A stretch of 64,000 nt of DNA. Origin: Lepidodermella squamata (Eukaryota > Animalia > Gastrotricha). Below are positions 61,115-64,000 of the stretch, piece after piece. The stretch's first letter is position 1. The number at the start of each line of letters is the position of its first letter. Both the position numbers and the translations under genes were made by a program. The notes beneath the pieces are model-generated. The model searched no databases. It was not told the origin of the DNA and saw only the letters and a program-made list of their open reading frames with translations. The stretch covers positions 992,001 to 1,056,000 of the forward strand of contig JBLDXI010000004.1 in the NCBI GenBank assembly GCA_047495785.1, read 5' to 3'.

Positions 61115-63938
61115 ATGGTAATTCGAAAAATTTCAAGCCCTCCAAGAATGCAGTTGAAGTGCGAAGCAGGGCCGTTTGTGGCCGGGGCGAAATTCAAATC
61201 TGCTGCTGACATTTTCAAGTTGGCAAAGGAACTTTGTGATCGCACATACCAACCATTTATCAAGCGTTCAACGTCCCGAATTCAGATTATTTTCAAGTGT
61301 CGTCACGGGATCCGGAGGACTACCAAAAGTACAGGTGATCGAGAAAATCAAGGCTACAACTACATGGAGTGTCCCGCTTCGATTTCCCTTAGTAAACCAA
61401 AGCTCGAAAAGCATTGGAGGGTCGTGTCAGCATGTTTTACTCATCATAATCACGAGGTTAGTGCTGAGAAATACGCTACTTACCCGGAACAGTGCAAGTT
61501 GAGCTCCGAGGAGAAAGAAAGTATTACAAAGAGATTTGAAGGTATCCATGTTCGGCCGAAAACTGTGGAAAAACACGTCCGGCGGTTGACAAATAAAATG
61601 ATAACGTCATCTTTGTGACGTCATCTACTGCAAACACTGAGGAAGGTTGTGACGTCATCGAGGCAAGCGGTGAAATTGTAAATACCGTTACTGATGATTA
61701 ATTTCTAATTCCTTGTTGAGTCTAAATACGATATTTTTATACTGGTATGCATGTCATTGTCTTTTTCCTAATTTCCTAACTTTCTTTGTTGATATCTACA
61801 TAATGACCTCTTCACGTCAAATCTAATTGTACTAATCATGCTTCTTTTTCAGCTGAGCTGTCCTACATCCCTTGGATATTAATGCTCATAAATAAATAAA
61901 TAAATAAATAACGGCGAAGCAACTAGCTAATTTGCGATTGTTGAAACCATCGGACCAGCTTCTTGCTGAAAAGCTTGTCAAGTTCTTAGACGAAGTCGAG
62001 GCTGATGGTGGTTTAGTTGAGGAAAGGGTGTCCGAAGAAAATCACACTCAAGTCCTGTTTGTCTCTACTAAGAAGATGCGGCAGCGCCTTGAACGCCAGA
62101 AGCCGAAAACCATGATTTTGGATACAACCTTCGGGACCAATAAGTCGGGTTACAAGCTAATGGTCTTTTGCTATCCAAATGCTGATAATGGCAAAACTGC
62201 TATTGCAGCTATTGCCATGTTGGAGGATGAAAGCGACTCCAACGTCAAGGCGGCATTTCTTATTTTCAAAGAACTGCACTCGCCAAAAATATTCTTGGTT
62301 GACAAAGACCTGAAGCAGATCGAGCTGCTGCGGTCAACCTTTCTGTGTATCGTACTTCTATGTCATTGGCACGTCGCCAAGTATCTGAAAAACTTGATCG
62401 CCACAGCTCCCACAGAAGTTGAGGTGAAGGTGGAATTGTATAAATTGATTCTTGCCATGATGCGCTCGCGTGATGATGATGTGTATGGAGAATACCTGGG
62501 TCAATTCAACGTCGCTGCGGAAGGAATACGAGTTCGAATTCAAAAGAAATATGTTTCATTGTGCGAATACTTTGAACGCAACTGGAACAGTTGCACCGAA
62601 ATGTGGGTGAAGCATTTTCGCAGTCGTCTGGAAACAATGGGTGAAAATACGACCAGCAGAGCAGAAGGATCATTCGGCAGTTTCAAGGTTATATTGCATG
62701 CAACACTCGGCAAGAAACCGAAGATCGAAGCTGTCGTGCCGGCTGTGTGCGAAATGGCAGATGATCAGGCTGAAACCATCCACGCCAAGAGAATTCAGCC
62801 TGTCTCCGACGAATTTCAAGCCGTCCTCTACAAGGCATCTTTTGCAGTGTCATCTTTGGCGGTTAAAAAGTACTTTCAGCAACTGAAAGCTCTTAAAACC
62901 GTCGAATACAAGAAGCTGTCGCTTGGACAGGTGAAAGTTCTTGCAGCTGAAGGGGACAGAACGTACTCGACTTATCATGACCAATGCGATTGTTCCATTT
63001 TCAATCAAAGCAAAATTCCGTGTCATCACATTCTTGCACTCCGTCAGAAAGATGACTTGCCTATGTTCGAACTGAAATTATTCGGGCTTCAGTATCATCG
63101 AATCAGCTCCAACGAGGCGCCAGCGAGTGATCAAGACGAAGATTCAAGCTCGGAAGCTGGGCAGGCATCTGCACAGGAGGAGGAAGAGGAGGAGGAAACT
63201 TTTGACTTCGAGGAAGCCAATTTTCACAGCCCGCAATCGAGCAAAGCGCAGCAAGCTAAGTCAGCCAAAGCGAAGTCGACCCAGAAGAAGTATCGCGGTG
63301 CCATGGATCTAATGACTGACATTGCGAATATCATGTCTCAGCATGGTATGGAGCAGTATGATCGCTACGTCGCCAATCTCCGTCAATTCAAAATGTTGAT
63401 CAATGATGGTAAAAACGTTGTTGTCGGTGAAGAAATCAGTGAACGTCTTGACGAAGATGGCGAAGATGACGAACTTCCTGAATTGGCCATTCCTATTGAA
63501 GAAGCTGATGTCATTGAGCACGAAAAAACTCCCTCTAGGCCTGGATCGAAGTTCGCTTTGGCTTACAAAACCGGCGTCAAGTGTCGAGGAAGACCGAAAG
63601 ATTCAGACAAGCAGGCAAATTCAATGCTAAATATAACTTTGCATCCCGCAGGTCATCCCGCAGGTCATCCCGCACGTCCCGCATCAGGGCAGCATCGTCC
63701 CGCATCAGTATCCCGCAGCCATCCCGCAGCTATCCTGCACATCATCCCGCAGCTATCATCCGCTATCACTTGTTACATATGGCTGTTGCCAGATGAATTC
63801 AAATTTGCTACTGGATGTTTGCGGAAATGGAATGTATGTGTTCTGCCGCCATTTTTGACCAGAAATTTGACTGACTTTGCACGCATTTTCAGCGCGAACC
63901 AAGTATCGCCGGCCCATAAATCTTATATCGGCGGATAG
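61115..63938 (+). pseudogene. MULE transposase (FAR1-like N-terminal Zn domain, DDE core, SWIM finger), interrupted
   Basis: FKCRHG..YMECPASI..HNH; MILDTTFGTN, LVDKD, LCHWHV, TTSRAEG; SWIM CDCSIFNQSKIPCHH; RGRPK; frame is restored by removing 61607-61913. Confidence 0.9.
61607..61913 (+). mobile_element. Short retroposed insertion (LINE/SINE 3' end) in the MULE ORF
   Basis: (TAAA)n tail, TGAGC...GCTCA stem before the tail, TSD ATAACG (61601-61606, 61908-61913). Confidence 0.8.
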
Positions 63939-64000
63939 CCCTCGAAATTCTGTACAAACTATCCGCGGCCGCTGACCAAATTCGCCGCCGATCGTATCGA

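Noticed and set aside
63640-63938. His/Pro/Ala-rich C-terminus of the MULE ORF as a real domain
   Set aside because: It is the translation of a CATCCCGCAG minisatellite, probably within or after an intron.

Overview
Repeat-dense genomic DNA from a eukaryote, apparently an invertebrate animal (short GT-AG introns, nuclear receptors, GPCR, C-type lectin); the taxon cannot be fixed from the sequence. Host genes: two divergent nuclear hormone receptors, a 3-exon rhodopsin-type GPCR, a 5'-truncated C-type lectin gene, a probable globin pseudogene and at least five small secreted-peptide genes, four of which form two paralog pairs. Mobile DNA: an intact intron-containing Ginger-type integrase transposon, two MULE transposases, RTE/CR1/Penelope fragments, many foldback MITEs, and a P-element (37195-56912) whose transposase exon is split by a 14.6-kb CCC-ended CMC/EnSpm-like cargo element. 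Main observation: manual splicing of the P-element gene gives one 1039-aa reading frame in which a 123-aa hydrophobic, Arg-rich peptide is joined to the transposase through a canonical 2A/StopGo ribosome-skipping motif (LLLLRSGD|VERNPGP). The motif is split by an intron and partly carried on a 25-nt micro-exon, so six-frame scans do not show it. All splice models and family assignments are by-eye predictions, not database results.
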